NCBI GenBank assembly: GCA_018716085.1
Contig: DVKK01000040.1
Location: 1,107 to 65,106 of the forward strand
Reading direction: 5' to 3'
DNA from: Candidatus Ornithoclostridium excrementipullorum
GTDB lineage: Bacteria > Bacillota > Clostridia > Christensenellales > UBA3700
Length of the DNA: 64,000 nucleotides
Shown here: positions 29,086 to 41,742 of the stretch, piece by piece
Layout: every line of letters begins with the position of its first letter
Position numbering within the stretch: position 1 is the stretch's first letter
The notes under the pieces: model-generated
The model's input: the letters and a program-made list of their open reading frames with translations, nothing else
What the model was told of the DNA's origin: nothing
Database searches by the model: none
Translations under genes and position numbers: made by a program

Positions 29086-30463
29086 ACGGCATGGGTCCGT
29101 CGGATTTGATCCTACGCACTTCGTCCCACACGCGCTCCACGTTGCCGGCTCCGAGCAAAAGAACTATCCCGTTGGATTGGGCGTGTTTTACAAGGTATTC
29201 CGCTGCCGCCGCATAATCTTCGATATACAGACACGCGCGGCGTTTTTTCTTTATCTTCATATACAGATCGTAGGCGCTGCCGCCCTCTTTCGGCTTTTCG
29301 CGGGCGGCGTAAGTCGGGAGTATCATCACCTCGTCCGCCCAGTAAAAACACTCGGAAAATTCTTCTATCAACGACTTGGTCCGGCTGAAAGTATGCGGCT
29401 CGAACACCGCCGTTATCCTTCCCTTGGTCATTACCCGTGCGGTATCTATCGCCGCGGCGATCTCGTCGGGATGATGGGCGTAATCGGAATAGACGTCCGC
29501 CCCCTGCGGCAATTTGCCCTTGAACTCGAAGCGCCGCCTGACGCCGCGAAAACCGCTTATCGCGCGGCACGCTTCCGACGCGTCGCAGCCCATCGCTTCC
29601 GCAGCGGCGATCGCGGCGAGCGCGTTCAGGATATTGTGTTTGCCTCGCACTTTCAGCGCGCACCTGCCGACGACTTTTCCGTCCGAAACGACGTCAAAAG
29701 AATAAAAACCGTTCTCGTAAGCGACGTTGCACGCGCCGTAATCGCACTCCGACGAATACCCGAACGTCTTTACTGCGACGCCCCGGCGGGCGAGCGCGGC
29801 GGCTTCCGACCTCTCTGCGATCAGCGTCCCGCCCCGCTCTATATTGTCGGCGAAAATACCGAACGCTTCCCTCATTTCCGCTTCGTCGCGGTAACAGTCG
29901 GGATGATCGAACGCTATGTTGAGCACCACCGCGACCGTGGGGCGGAGCGCGAGAAAAGTACGGTTGTACTCGCACGCTTCCGTGACGAACCATTCGCTGC
30001 CGCCGTCGGAATCGCACTCCCCTCCCACGCAGTCGCCTCCGATATGCCCCACGAAGGACCTGCCCTGCCCGCGCATGACGGCGCAAAGCATAGCCGTGGC
30101 GGTGGTCTTGCCGTGCGTTCCCGCAACGGCGGCTACGTGATCGAACATCCCGCCGATAAGAGCGAGGAAAGCTTTGCGTTCCATACACAGGACCTTGTTC
30201 GCGCGGGCGGCGCACAGCTCCGGATCGTCGGCTGGGATCGCCGCCGTATATACGACCAACGACCTTGACGCCGCAAACTCCGGATCGTGCCCCGCATAGA
30301 CCCTGACGCCTTTCTCCGCCAAAGCGGAAAGTTCGGGACAATCTCTGATATCGGAGCCGCTGACGATAAATCCTTTACCGAGACAGAACAGCGCGAGCGA
30401 CTTCATACTGACTCCGCCCACGCCTATAAAATGTATATCGGGGTACTTGCCTGTATCGAACAT
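29084..30463 (-). CDS. murC: UDP-N-acetylmuramate--L-alanine ligase
   Basis: 459 aa with HFIGVGGVSMKSLA and GTHGKTTATAM. Confidence 0.9.
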   Translation of the reverse strand: MFDTGKYPDIHFIGVGGVSMKSLALFCLGKGFIVSGSDIRDCPELSALAEKGVRVYAGHDPEFAASRSLVVYTAAIPADDPELCAARANKVLCMERKAFLALIGGMFDHVAAVAGTHGKTTATAMLCAVMRGQGRSFVGHIGGDCVGGECDSDGGSEWFVTEACEYNRTFLALRPTVAVVLNIAFDHPDCYRDEAEMREAFGIFADNIERGGTLIAERSEAAALARRGVAVKTFGYSSECDYGACNVAYENGFYSFDVVSDGKVVGRCALKVRGKHNILNALAAIAAAEAMGCDASEACRAISGFRGVRRRFEFKGKLPQGADVYSDYAHHPDEIAAAIDTARVMTKGRITAVFEPHTFSRTKSLIEEFSECFYWADEVMILPTYAAREKPKEGGSAYDLYMKIKKKRRACLYIEDYAAAAEYLVKHAQSNGIVLLLGAGNVERVWDEVRRIKSDGPMP

Positions 30464-30744
30464 ACCATATTATATGCGGATCCGAGCTCCGTTTGTGTCC
30501 CGTCTCCGATATCCCGCGGCGGCGGCTCTTTTTGACACAGGTAAAGCCGCGATAAACTGTAAAATTTCGAAATTATATTCACAAAACGGTTTTTGCTCTC
30601 GTCCGCATCGGACGGCGCCTAAGTTTTCCCGCTCGGTGAAAAATAAGGAATATCTGCGGTTTTTTGTCAAATTTAATGATAATTTAATTGCCATAGCGAT
30701 TGCGAAAATATATAATTAAGACAGTATAATTCGGGAGTGAAAAA

Positions 30745-31017
30745 ATGGAACTCAGCGACGTGAAAATCCGCATAGTCCCCAAGGACAACGAAATGCTCAA
30801 AGCCGTGGCTTCGGTAGTGATCGACGGCTGTTTCGTATTGCACGACATCAAGATCATCAACGGCAAATCGGGTTTGTTTATATCGATGCCCAGCCGCAAG
30901 ACGCCGGAAGGCTCATACCGCGACATAGCGCATCCGCTCGATACCGAAACTCGTGAGCTGTTCTCTTCGACGATACTCGGCGCTTACGACAAAGCTCTCA
31001 AAGAACAGCAGGCGTGA
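30745..31017 (+). CDS. spoVG: Septation/sporulation regulator SpoVG
   Basis: 90 aa: MELSDVKIRIVPKDNEMLKAVASVVIDGCFVLHDIKIINGKSGLFISMPSRK. Confidence 0.95.
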   Translation: MELSDVKIRIVPKDNEMLKAVASVVIDGCFVLHDIKIINGKSGLFISMPSRKTPEGSYRDIAHPLDTETRELFSSTILGAYDKALKEQQA

Positions 31018-31088
31018 CGTCACATTGACGGGATCCGCTCGACTTCGGGAGCATACTCGATCCTCGGGATAACTTAAACGACAACGGC

Positions 31089-31125
31089 AAAGGACCTTTC
31101 CGCACGGAAAGGTCCTTTTGTTTTG
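31089..31125. terminator. Bidirectional intrinsic terminator (spoVG / ATPase operon)
   Basis: AAAGGACCTTTCCG-CAC-GGAAAGGTCCTTT followed by TGTTTTG. Confidence 0.85.
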
Positions 31126-31172
31126 CGTAAGCGCCCGACGCGAACGTTTCGGCGTCCGCGTCTTATAAGCTG

Positions 31173-33797
<2,625 letters not shown>

Positions 33798-33839
33798 TTG
33801 TTCTCCCTTTATCTTTTTTTGCGGCTGTGCCGCGTCGTT

Positions 33840-35396
33840 TCAATATCTGTCCGCCGCGAGCAGCGAATAAAGTTCGTTGTATATGGGCAGATTGCACCTG
33901 TATATCTTTTTATATACGCGGTTGTAGAACTGCATATAGCGTTCGTGGTTCGCCGCGTCGGGAATATATTCCTCCGACACGCGGACCATATGCGCGGTCG
34001 CCTCGCTCATGTCGCGGTAAATGCCCAGGGACGTGAAAGCGACTATCGCGCAGCCCAGCCCGCTCGTTTCGTACGTCTGGACCTTGTAAACGGGCAAACC
34101 CATGATGTCCGTCATTATGCGGCACACCGATTCGCTCTGCGACCCCCCTCCCGCGACCGCAACGCGCGATATCCTGTTTTTCGTGCGGTGCATCAGATTT
34201 TCCAGTCCCTCGAACAGCGCATAGCCCACCCCCTCGATTATCGCGCGGTAGACGTGATTGCGCGTATGTACGTCGTTGAAACCTATCATCACGCCTTTCG
34301 CCTGCGGAGTCTTCAGCCCCGGGCCCCAATACGGCTGTACCAGAAGACCGTTGCTTCCGACGGGTATCTTGCTCAATTTTTCGTCGAGCAGCTGTTCGGC
34401 GGATATCCCGAGCTTTTCGGCTTCGAGTTTTTCGTGGAGCGAAAACTGCTCCTTAAACCAGCTCACCATCCAGAATCCTCGGAAGATCTGTATCTCGGGA
34501 TTGTATTTACCTTTTGCGACCGATGTATACGCAGGCATGAACGTTTCGGGTTCAACATACCTGTCCGTAGTGACCTCCACCGACGCCGCCGTCCCCAAAG
34601 ACACGCTGGCTATATCGTGAGCTATCGCGCCGTTGCCGACCGTTTCGCACGCCTTGTCCGCGCCCGTGGCGATAAGCGGAAGACCTTCTCTGATCCCCGT
34701 CTCCGCGCTGCACTGCGCGGTGATCGTACCGATCGTGTCGCCGGGTTCGACCAGCCTGCACATCTTGTCTACGGGACAGCCGAAAATACAATAATTGAGC
34801 GTCCTTTCGGTCATCCATCTGCGCTTTTTGTAATTATAGGGGAATTTTGCCGCCTGCCCCGCCGTGGAATCGGCAAGCACGCCCGTGAATTTGTAATTGT
34901 ACCATGCGGTCGGCATGACTATCTTGGCGGTTCGCTCCCATACGTCGGGTTGATTTACCCTTACCCAGTTGGTATAAGTGGTCCTCCTCTGCACGCGGAC
35001 CGCCTCCCCCATGCCGACTGCGGAAAATATGAATCTCTTCCACAGAGGCAGAGGATCGGGACAATCGACCTCGCGTTTGTCCATCCATAATATCGCGTCG
35101 CGCGTCGGACGGCAGTTTTCGTCCAAGAAAAACAGAGAGTTCCGTATGCTGGTGACGGTCACCGCCGCCACGTCGTCCCACCTTGAGCCCGCCTCCTCTT
35201 GCAACTCCTTCGAAACGGCGCAGATACCGTGCCAGAGTTCGTCTATATCCTTCTCCGCCCTGTTGTCATTCTTGGATATATACGGAGGCTCCGCCCTCTT
35301 CGCCTTGGCGATCAAATCCCCCTTCGAGTCGAAGAGAAGCGCGCGCGTGCTCTGCGTGCCGACGTCGAAAACCAATACAAGAGGATCTTTTTCCAT
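33840..35396 (-). CDS. FGGY-family carbohydrate kinase
   Basis: 518 aa with N-terminal LVFDVGTQSTRALLFD and C-terminal GGGSQSE typical of FGGY kinases. Confidence 0.85.
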   Translation of the reverse strand: MEKDPLVLVFDVGTQSTRALLFDSKGDLIAKAKRAEPPYISKNDNRAEKDIDELWHGICAVSKELQEEAGSRWDDVAAVTVTSIRNSLFFLDENCRPTRDAILWMDKREVDCPDPLPLWKRFIFSAVGMGEAVRVQRRTTYTNWVRVNQPDVWERTAKIVMPTAWYNYKFTGVLADSTAGQAAKFPYNYKKRRWMTERTLNYCIFGCPVDKMCRLVEPGDTIGTITAQCSAETGIREGLPLIATGADKACETVGNGAIAHDIASVSLGTAASVEVTTDRYVEPETFMPAYTSVAKGKYNPEIQIFRGFWMVSWFKEQFSLHEKLEAEKLGISAEQLLDEKLSKIPVGSNGLLVQPYWGPGLKTPQAKGVMIGFNDVHTRNHVYRAIIEGVGYALFEGLENLMHRTKNRISRVAVAGGGSQSESVCRIMTDIMGLPVYKVQTYETSGLGCAIVAFTSLGIYRDMSEATAHMVRVSEEYIPDAANHERYMQFYNRVYKKIYRCNLPIYNELYSLLAADRY

Positions 35397-35398
35397 AG

Positions 35399-37018
35399 TT
35401 ACTCCTTGTTTTCCTCCAGCTGCCTGTAATCCACCTTGCCTATCTGCGTCAGCGGCAGTCTGTCCACGTATTCCACAAAGCGCGGAACGCTGTATTTCAT
35501 GAGCCGGGCAGCGATCTCCGTCCTGACCGCCTTGTCCAGAGCGTCACGGTCCGCCCCGGGAGCGGGCTGAACGTACAGCCTCACCGCAGGCCGTCCTCCG
35601 TCGTCCGCCGCGACCGCGCAGCAACGCAGTACGCCCGGCACTTTATTCACTACGTTTTCGATCTCCTGAGGGAACACGTTGTACCCGGAGATCTTGACCA
35701 TTCTCTTCTTTCTGTCGACGAAATAGACGAATCCGTCCTCGTCCAGTCTGCCTATATCGCCCGTGCGCAGCCATCTTCTGCCGCCGTATTCGAAAAACGC
35801 TCTTTCGGTAGCCTCCGCGTCGTCGTAATACCGGGTCATAGCCATATCGGTGCTGACGCACAGATCGCCTTTTTCGCCTCTCGGGACGGGCCTGCCGTCC
35901 TCTCCGAAAGCCTCGAATTCCGTATTTTTCACGGCCTTTCCTATCGACCCGTCGCGTTCTCTTCCCGGCATATTCACACAGCATATGCCGGCTTCCGTCA
36001 GTCCGTAACCTTCGTTGAGCCTTATCGGATTGCCGGCACGCACGCCTAGCGCGGCAAACTTGTCCTTTATGCTTTCGGACAGCCTGTCCCCTCCGCAATA
36101 GCAATATTTCAGATTTCTCATCACGTCTTCGCCGAAAGCGCCGCTCTCCAGCATCTTGCCGTACATATTGGGAACGCCGCATATGAACGTGACGTGCTCT
36201 CGCCTGCAAAGTCTGCACGCCCCCTTGGCGTCGAACTTAGGCATAAGCACGATCTTGCCGCCGGCGCTGAGCGAGGTATGCATACATACCCCCAATCCGA
36301 AAATATGGAAAGGCGGCAGCACCATGAGCATCGCGTCTTTATCGTCGACCGGTTTACCGCCTATGAGGTCGAGCAGATTGTGCGCAAGCGCGTTCAAAGC
36401 CCCGTTCGATATCTCGACGGTCTTGGGCAGTCCCGTCGTCCCTCCGCTGTGCATATATACGGCGATATCTTCGCCGCGGACCTCGGGAAAACCTCCTGCG
36501 TCCGCCGCTTTACCGCGTCTGACCGCGGAAACGAAACTCTCCTCTTCCGCGCTCGCCGCCGCCGCGGAAACGGTCGCCAATCTGTAAAAAGGCGCCAGCG
36601 CACGGGGAAGATAATCCGCCGCCCGCGCTATAAAAGTCTTGACTCCCAGTTCTTTCCAACCGTCGTAATTCGGATAGAATTCGTCGAACAGCACCGCCGC
36701 TTTCGGACGCATGCGCACGGCAATCTCTTTGAGCCTCTCTCCCGTCACGAGCGGGTGTACGAGATTGACGACGGCTCCCGCCTTGTTTACGGCGTAAAAC
36801 GCAATGACCACGTCCGGTATATTGCCGAGACAAACTATTACGTTGTCCCCCTTGCCGACGCCGCATTCGCGCAGTCTGCGGGCAAACCCGTCTATTTCCG
36901 CCGTGACGCGACCGAGATCGAGTCTTCTGCCGTAAAAAGCCACCGTCTTGTTGGAGCGCGGCAAATGCGCCGTCCCCTGCTCGAAATATTCGTATACCGA
37001 TCCGTCGACGGCGGGCAT
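35399..37018 (-). CDS. AMP-dependent synthetase/ligase (acyl-CoA or acyl-ACP synthetase-like)
   Basis: 539 aa with MHSGGTTGLPK, GYGLTE, TGDIGRLDEDGFVYFVDRKKRMVKISG. Confidence 0.9.
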   Translation of the reverse strand: MPAVDGSVYEYFEQGTAHLPRSNKTVAFYGRRLDLGRVTAEIDGFARRLRECGVGKGDNVIVCLGNIPDVVIAFYAVNKAGAVVNLVHPLVTGERLKEIAVRMRPKAAVLFDEFYPNYDGWKELGVKTFIARAADYLPRALAPFYRLATVSAAAASAEEESFVSAVRRGKAADAGGFPEVRGEDIAVYMHSGGTTGLPKTVEISNGALNALAHNLLDLIGGKPVDDKDAMLMVLPPFHIFGLGVCMHTSLSAGGKIVLMPKFDAKGACRLCRREHVTFICGVPNMYGKMLESGAFGEDVMRNLKYCYCGGDRLSESIKDKFAALGVRAGNPIRLNEGYGLTEAGICCVNMPGRERDGSIGKAVKNTEFEAFGEDGRPVPRGEKGDLCVSTDMAMTRYYDDAEATERAFFEYGGRRWLRTGDIGRLDEDGFVYFVDRKKRMVKISGYNVFPQEIENVVNKVPGVLRCCAVAADDGGRPAVRLYVQPAPGADRDALDKAVRTEIAARLMKYSVPRFVEYVDRLPLTQIGKVDYRQLEENKE

Positions 37019-37893
37019 TACGCCTTGACCTCCGCTCTTTTCGGCACAAAAAACCTGTTGAACACAAACTTATCCAAGGTCTTACCGTACATGACGAATA
37101 TGACGACTGTCTGCACGGCGACCGCTATGAAAGCCGCCGCCGCCACGTCGGACAGATAGTGATGCCCGTCCGTTATCCTCGAAAACGCCGTGACAACCGT
37201 CGCGATCACGGAAACGACCGTAACGGTGTTTTCTCTGCCGGCGAAGCGCGGATTTATACCGCACAGCGGCATCATCATGAAAAGCACCGCGGTGAACGCA
37301 GTATGTCCGGAAGGCATCGAATCTCCGCCGTCGACGCGGACGAAGTCGTACCACGGAGCGAACTGAGCGACGCCGCCCTGTACGTCGGCGTATCTCGCCC
37401 TCGAAAATATCTCCTTCGCAACGAACGTTATCGCCCCTGTCGCGACGACCGCGACCGCGACCGCGACAGCCCATTTGAAATATTCGGAAAGTCTTTCCTC
37501 CGCGACGCCTTTGGTCGCTTCGCCTATCACGAACGCGAGCACGGCGCCCAACACGGCGCAGCCCGCGAGAGAATACAGAGTGCTGTCGGTGATCAGATCG
37601 GTAAGATCCTTGAAATTGATCGCGCTGACGACAAACATTGCCGCATACGCAAGCACGGTAAACACTATGCTGTGCAGCACGCGGAAAAAATACCGCGCCG
37701 CAAGCCCGCAGGCGACCGCCAGCATTATGAATGCGGGCATCTTGCCTATTATCTCGTACATAGTGGCGTAAGAATTCGCGCCTATGTAAAACTCCTCGGC
37801 GATCCTCTCGTCGATCAGCGAACCCGCGGCAAAAGCGATCACCGCCAATCCGCCGAAAATGCCAAGTCCCCATGCCACCTTTTTAACGTCCAA
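37018..37893 (-). CDS. PAP2-family lipid phosphate phosphatase, membrane protein
   Basis: 291 aa with PSGHTAFTAV and SRITDGHHYLSDV. Confidence 0.8.
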   Translation of the reverse strand: MDVKKVAWGLGIFGGLAVIAFAAGSLIDERIAEEFYIGANSYATMYEIIGKMPAFIMLAVACGLAARYFFRVLHSIVFTVLAYAAMFVVSAINFKDLTDLITDSTLYSLAGCAVLGAVLAFVIGEATKGVAEERLSEYFKWAVAVAVAVVATGAITFVAKEIFSRARYADVQGGVAQFAPWYDFVRVDGGDSMPSGHTAFTAVLFMMMPLCGINPRFAGRENTVTVVSVIATVVTAFSRITDGHHYLSDVAAAAFIAVAVQTVVIFVMYGKTLDKFVFNRFFVPKRAEVKA

Positions 37894-38812
37894 ATTCCGC
37901 CTCCTTCTCTTCGCCCGAAACGGATCTTTCCGCGATAGCGAAGTTTAACTTCCCCTTCGAAAAAAACGCTTTCCTCAACGCGAGATATATCAGATACGTG
38001 AGGTATCCTCCGACGAGCACGTCGGAAAGAAAGTGAGCGTTCGCGGCAATACGCGATACGGCAACGACCGCCGTAAAGACGACGCATCCGCAGTTGAGCG
38101 CTATGCGCACGCTCTTTTTGTTCCACGACGGTATGAAGTCGCATAGCGCCGCAAGCAAAAATATATGAGCCGCGCTCGACGTATGTCCGGACGGGAACGA
38201 CGTATAATCTCCGCCCTCGATCATATCCTCTCTGCCGAGCATTATCCTGTACCACGGAGTGAATCCGTCGGTATTTCCGACTTTGAGCATATCGCGGTAG
38301 CGCATACGGCACCAGATATGTTTCATTATCTGCATGACCGCGACCGATACGAGAGTGAAGACTATCGCGAATACGGCAAACCTGAACAGCCTGTGCATAT
38401 ATCTGCGGTCTATGAGCGAACCTATCCATATCCCCGCCGCGCCCAACAAAACGCCGAAGATCACCGCAAAACCGGTAAGATAAGGTATCTCGGTCAGCTT
38501 GGTGCTCTGGATCCCGAAAAATATCCATCCGCCGACAGTCAGCGCCGCGCCTGCCAGGCGGATCCCGATACTCGCGCGTCGGTCCGAAAAAAGATCGTGG
38601 TTGTAAAATACTATCACTCCGCACAAAGGCAGTACGAGATATGCTGGATATTCGCCGAATACGGCGAAAAACATTGCAAAAAACCCGTCGCCGTCGGACA
38701 GAGCTTCGCTTATGCGCAGGTCGTAAACGGTGGCGACCGCCATAGCGGAAACAAAGCAGACGAACGCGGCGAGGTTTATGATCAATGACGGAGTAAGTCT
38801 GATCTTGCTCAT
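37883..38812 (-). CDS. PAP2-family lipid phosphate phosphatase, membrane protein (tandem paralogue)
   Basis: 309 aa with FPSGHTSSAA and SRIAANAHFLSDV. Overlaps the next gene by 11 nt. Confidence 0.8.
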   Translation of the reverse strand: MSKIRLTPSLIINLAAFVCFVSAMAVATVYDLRISEALSDGDGFFAMFFAVFGEYPAYLVLPLCGVIVFYNHDLFSDRRASIGIRLAGAALTVGGWIFFGIQSTKLTEIPYLTGFAVIFGVLLGAAGIWIGSLIDRRYMHRLFRFAVFAIVFTLVSVAVMQIMKHIWCRMRYRDMLKVGNTDGFTPWYRIMLGREDMIEGGDYTSFPSGHTSSAAHIFLLAALCDFIPSWNKKSVRIALNCGCVVFTAVVAVSRIAANAHFLSDVLVGGYLTYLIYLALRKAFFSKGKLNFAIAERSVSGEEKEAEFGR

Positions 38813-38856
38813 CGGAAAAGATTTCCCCTGCGTGTGCGTGCGTTGTATTTTATATT

Positions 38857-38885
38857 ATTATAACACATTCCCCGACGCGTTGCAA
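38857..38885 (-). promoter_or_regulatory. Promoter TTGCAA-17 nt-TATAAT of the PAP2 operon
   Basis: Read on the minus strand, about 45 nt upstream of the first PAP2 ATG. Confidence 0.6.
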
Positions 38886-38947
38886 CTACTAAAACGTCGA
38901 TATTCCCCGCCGTTAAAGACAAAACCGCGAAAAACCGCGATTTTCGC

Positions 38948-38984
38948 AAAATATAAAATATCCGCCGCGATAACCGCGGCGGAT
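38948..38984 (-). terminator. Intrinsic terminator after the 341-aa lipoprotein gene
   Basis: ATCCGCCGCG-loop-CGCGGCGGAT followed by UAUUUUAUAUUUU on the minus strand. Confidence 0.8.
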
Positions 38985-39006
38985 GATATCTGTCGTTTGT
39001 CTGCGA

Positions 39007-40032
39007 TCAGGCTGCGTTGGACACCGTTCCGATGAAGCCCGCCGCATTGTAGTCGGAGGTCTCTTCGAAGAAGAAGCCCTTGGTCGAGTTGAGCGTGACT
39101 TCGGAGTTGATGATGCCCGCGAGGACCATGACGTAGGACTCGGAAACTTCGACTTTCTGGAAGAAGCCGTTGGGCCACATCGTCACCTTGAGGGTGATAT
39201 CGGTGAAGTAGAAATCCGTAGGTTCCTGTCCCTGCGAATTGAGCATATACATCATCTGCTCTTCGTATTCGGCGACGGAGTAGTTCTCGCTAGTCTTATC
39301 GACGTTGCCGGAGATGGTGAATTCCCACAGACCGTCATCGTTGAGCACGGGAGCCACGGTCTTGTCCGCGAGAATAGTGTTCTCTTTGAGATTGTACATC
39401 CAGATCTGGGTGGGATCGGAGGCCTTGTCGTTAACATAGGTCGTCAGATCGTTATAGGTCTGCACCGCCTCGAAGCTCTTGCCCTCGGCGAATTCGAACC
39501 AAGCGTCGGTGATGACGCCATCGTCGTTATCGGTCGTCTTGACGTCCACGTTGTCAGCATTGACGTTGCGGAAATACAGCTTCTCGGAGCTGCCGGACTT
39601 GGTGTAATCGGTCTCTTCCCATATCTTGATGCTGATAAGTCTGCCGAGGCCTCCGCCGATCGTACCGGACAAATTGCGGTAGAACAGGTTGTTGTCCCCT
39701 TCGAAAACGTCATCGCCGTCTTTGTCGGAAGCGCCGTCTCTGACGGTGATCGACTTGACGAACTGGGTCAGGGGCATATTGAGAACGGTGGTAACGAGCG
39801 TACCTCCGGTGATAGCCGTGGCGAAGTCCGCGCCGTAATAGTTTTTCATACCCACCCGGAGCATCTCGATCGCGCTCATGGAAGAATCGAGCTGCGCGGT
39901 CGGAGTGACGTTAGGCTGGCTCTGAGCATAGTCTACGCCGAAGTTGGTCTCGGCGGGATTGCAGCCCGCAAACGCGAACACGGTCACCGCCGCGATCACG
40001 ACTACGGTTGCTATCATTGCAAATTTCTTCAT
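39007..40032 (-). CDS. Lipoprotein of unknown function
   Basis: 341 aa with a signal peptide and lipobox FAGC. Acidic T/D/N-rich mature part with no motif I recognise. Confidence 0.7.
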   Translation of the reverse strand: MKKFAMIATVVVIAAVTVFAFAGCNPAETNFGVDYAQSQPNVTPTAQLDSSMSAIEMLRVGMKNYYGADFATAITGGTLVTTVLNMPLTQFVKSITVRDGASDKDGDDVFEGDNNLFYRNLSGTIGGGLGRLISIKIWEETDYTKSGSSEKLYFRNVNADNVDVKTTDNDDGVITDAWFEFAEGKSFEAVQTYNDLTTYVNDKASDPTQIWMYNLKENTILADKTVAPVLNDDGLWEFTISGNVDKTSENYSVAEYEEQMMYMLNSQGQEPTDFYFTDITLKVTMWPNGFFQKVEVSESYVMVLAGIINSEVTLNSTKGFFFEETSDYNAAGFIGTVSNAA

Positions 40033-40200
40033 ATCTTTCTCCTTGTTTTGACAGCCGGAAGCCGTTTTTTACTATTCTATAATAGTGTAATGTAAAAATC
40101 AAGTAAAATTACGCACTTTTCGCTTTGTCCCGTTTCGTACATAAAACGCGCCGAAACGTATCGGATCGCGAAAACGGCGCCGTATCCGACGCCGTCCCGG

Positions 40201-41529
40201 CTATTTCTTAGGTGCGAATATCCTGCGCTTTATGACGAACGGCGGCTCGCCCGCCTCCTGCGCGAATCTTTCGAGGCGTTCCGCCAGATCGCGCTTCACG
40301 CCGCGATACGACGGATCGCGGATCAGATTGCGCGTTTCGCACGGGTCCTTTGCCGTATCGTACAGATAATCTTCGATATATACGTCCGAATAAGCCTTGT
40401 TCCAACCGTCCTTTTTTCCGCGCGACCTCACCGCGTAGACGTAGCGATCGGTACGCACCGCTCTGCCCAGTTTGTCTTCGCTTATCTGTATGTAAAGCGC
40501 GTCCCTCCCGTCTTCCCCGAGGGCGATCTTCGCAAGATCCTTCCCCCTGAAATACGACGGAGGCTCTATCCCCGCGGCGGACAGTACGGAGTACGGAAGA
40601 TCTATAAGCCCTGCGAGAGCTTCGCACTTCTTTCCCTTCGGGTATTTGCCGCCGAACACAAAAAGAGGCGTCCTGATACTCGAATCGTGGCACGACCTCT
40701 TGTATTCGGAGTTGCGGGTCATGAAATGACAGCCGTGATCGGAGGTGAAGAAAATGACCGTATCGTCGTATACGCCCTTTTTCTTCAACGCGTCCGCCAC
40801 CCTGCCGAAATTGCGGTCCAGCCCGTGACAGCAGCCGAGATAGTCGGTATAATTACCGGCGTAATTGCCCTCGAAAGCCGCGAGATCGTCGGGGACGGGA
40901 ACTCCTTCCACAGCGACGCGGTCTTCGGGCGTGCACTCGAATCTGCCCGTGCTGTTCTGATGATGGGGTTCTATATGCGACAGAAACAGAAAAAACGGTC
41001 TGTCTTCGGGCGCGTTTTCGATAAACTCCAAAGCGAGATCCGTTATTTTGTCGGCGCGGCATCCGCTGAATTCGAGTTTGTTGCCGTTTTCGTCGAACAC
41101 ATAACCGCCGCTACCGTCCGAAGTGAATTCGAGCACGTCCGACGCGCGCCAGTACTCGTAACCGCCCCTGCGGGCTTGCGGGATCGCGGTCGTTTCGTAT
41201 CTGCCCTGTTCGTCAGTCATGCCCGACGCGAGATGCCACTTCCCCACGTAAGCCGTAAGATAACCGTATTCGCGCAGTATCTTGGCGATCGTCGTCGCGT
41301 CCTCTTTCATCGCCACGGCGTTGGTGATACATCCGTTTTCGGTGGCATAAACTCCCGTCTGGATACAGGCGCGCGCAGGTCCGCATACAGGCTGACAGGT
41401 AAAAGAATACTCGAATTCGGTCCCGCTTTCCGCCATTGCGCACAGATTGGGAGTCACTCGTTCCGAAACGGTGTCCCATCTCTGCTGATCGGTAAAAAAC
41501 ACGACTATATTGGGTCTTTTCTCGCTCAT
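40201..41529 (-). CDS. Sulfatase (formylglycine-dependent, Cys-type)
   Basis: 442 aa with IVVFFTDQQRWD and the CxPxR signature in CQPVCGPARACIQTG. Confidence 0.9.
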   Translation of the reverse strand: MSEKRPNIVVFFTDQQRWDTVSERVTPNLCAMAESGTEFEYSFTCQPVCGPARACIQTGVYATENGCITNAVAMKEDATTIAKILREYGYLTAYVGKWHLASGMTDEQGRYETTAIPQARRGGYEYWRASDVLEFTSDGSGGYVFDENGNKLEFSGCRADKITDLALEFIENAPEDRPFFLFLSHIEPHHQNSTGRFECTPEDRVAVEGVPVPDDLAAFEGNYAGNYTDYLGCCHGLDRNFGRVADALKKKGVYDDTVIFFTSDHGCHFMTRNSEYKRSCHDSSIRTPLFVFGGKYPKGKKCEALAGLIDLPYSVLSAAGIEPPSYFRGKDLAKIALGEDGRDALYIQISEDKLGRAVRTDRYVYAVRSRGKKDGWNKAYSDVYIEDYLYDTAKDPCETRNLIRDPSYRGVKRDLAERLERFAQEAGEPPFVIKRRIFAPKK

Positions 41530-41535
41530 ACCGAT

Positions 41536-41564
41536 ATTATAACATCCCGAAAGGCAAAGGTCAA
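41536..41564 (-). promoter_or_regulatory. Promoter TTGACC-17 nt-TATAAT ending 6 nt before the sulfatase ATG (leaderless candidate)
   Basis: -10 at 41541-41536 and ATG at 41529-41527. No SD sequence. Confidence 0.55.
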
Positions 41565-41645
41565 CGGCGACCGTAACGGCTGTCCCGTAAAGGCGCTTCC
41601 CCTCCCTCGCATGAGTCGTCCGTCATACGTCCGACGTATTTTTAT

Positions 41646-41674
41646 TTGACAAATATGTAAGGAATATATATTAT
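41646..41674 (+). promoter_or_regulatory. Promoter TTGACA-17 nt-TATTAT of degV
   Basis: Read on the plus strand, about 70 nt before the degV ATG. Confidence 0.6.
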
Positions 41675-41742
41675 AGTATATGATATGCAATATCGGACTT
41701 TATCGGCGATATTGTAAAATAATACACAAATTCAGGAGAATT

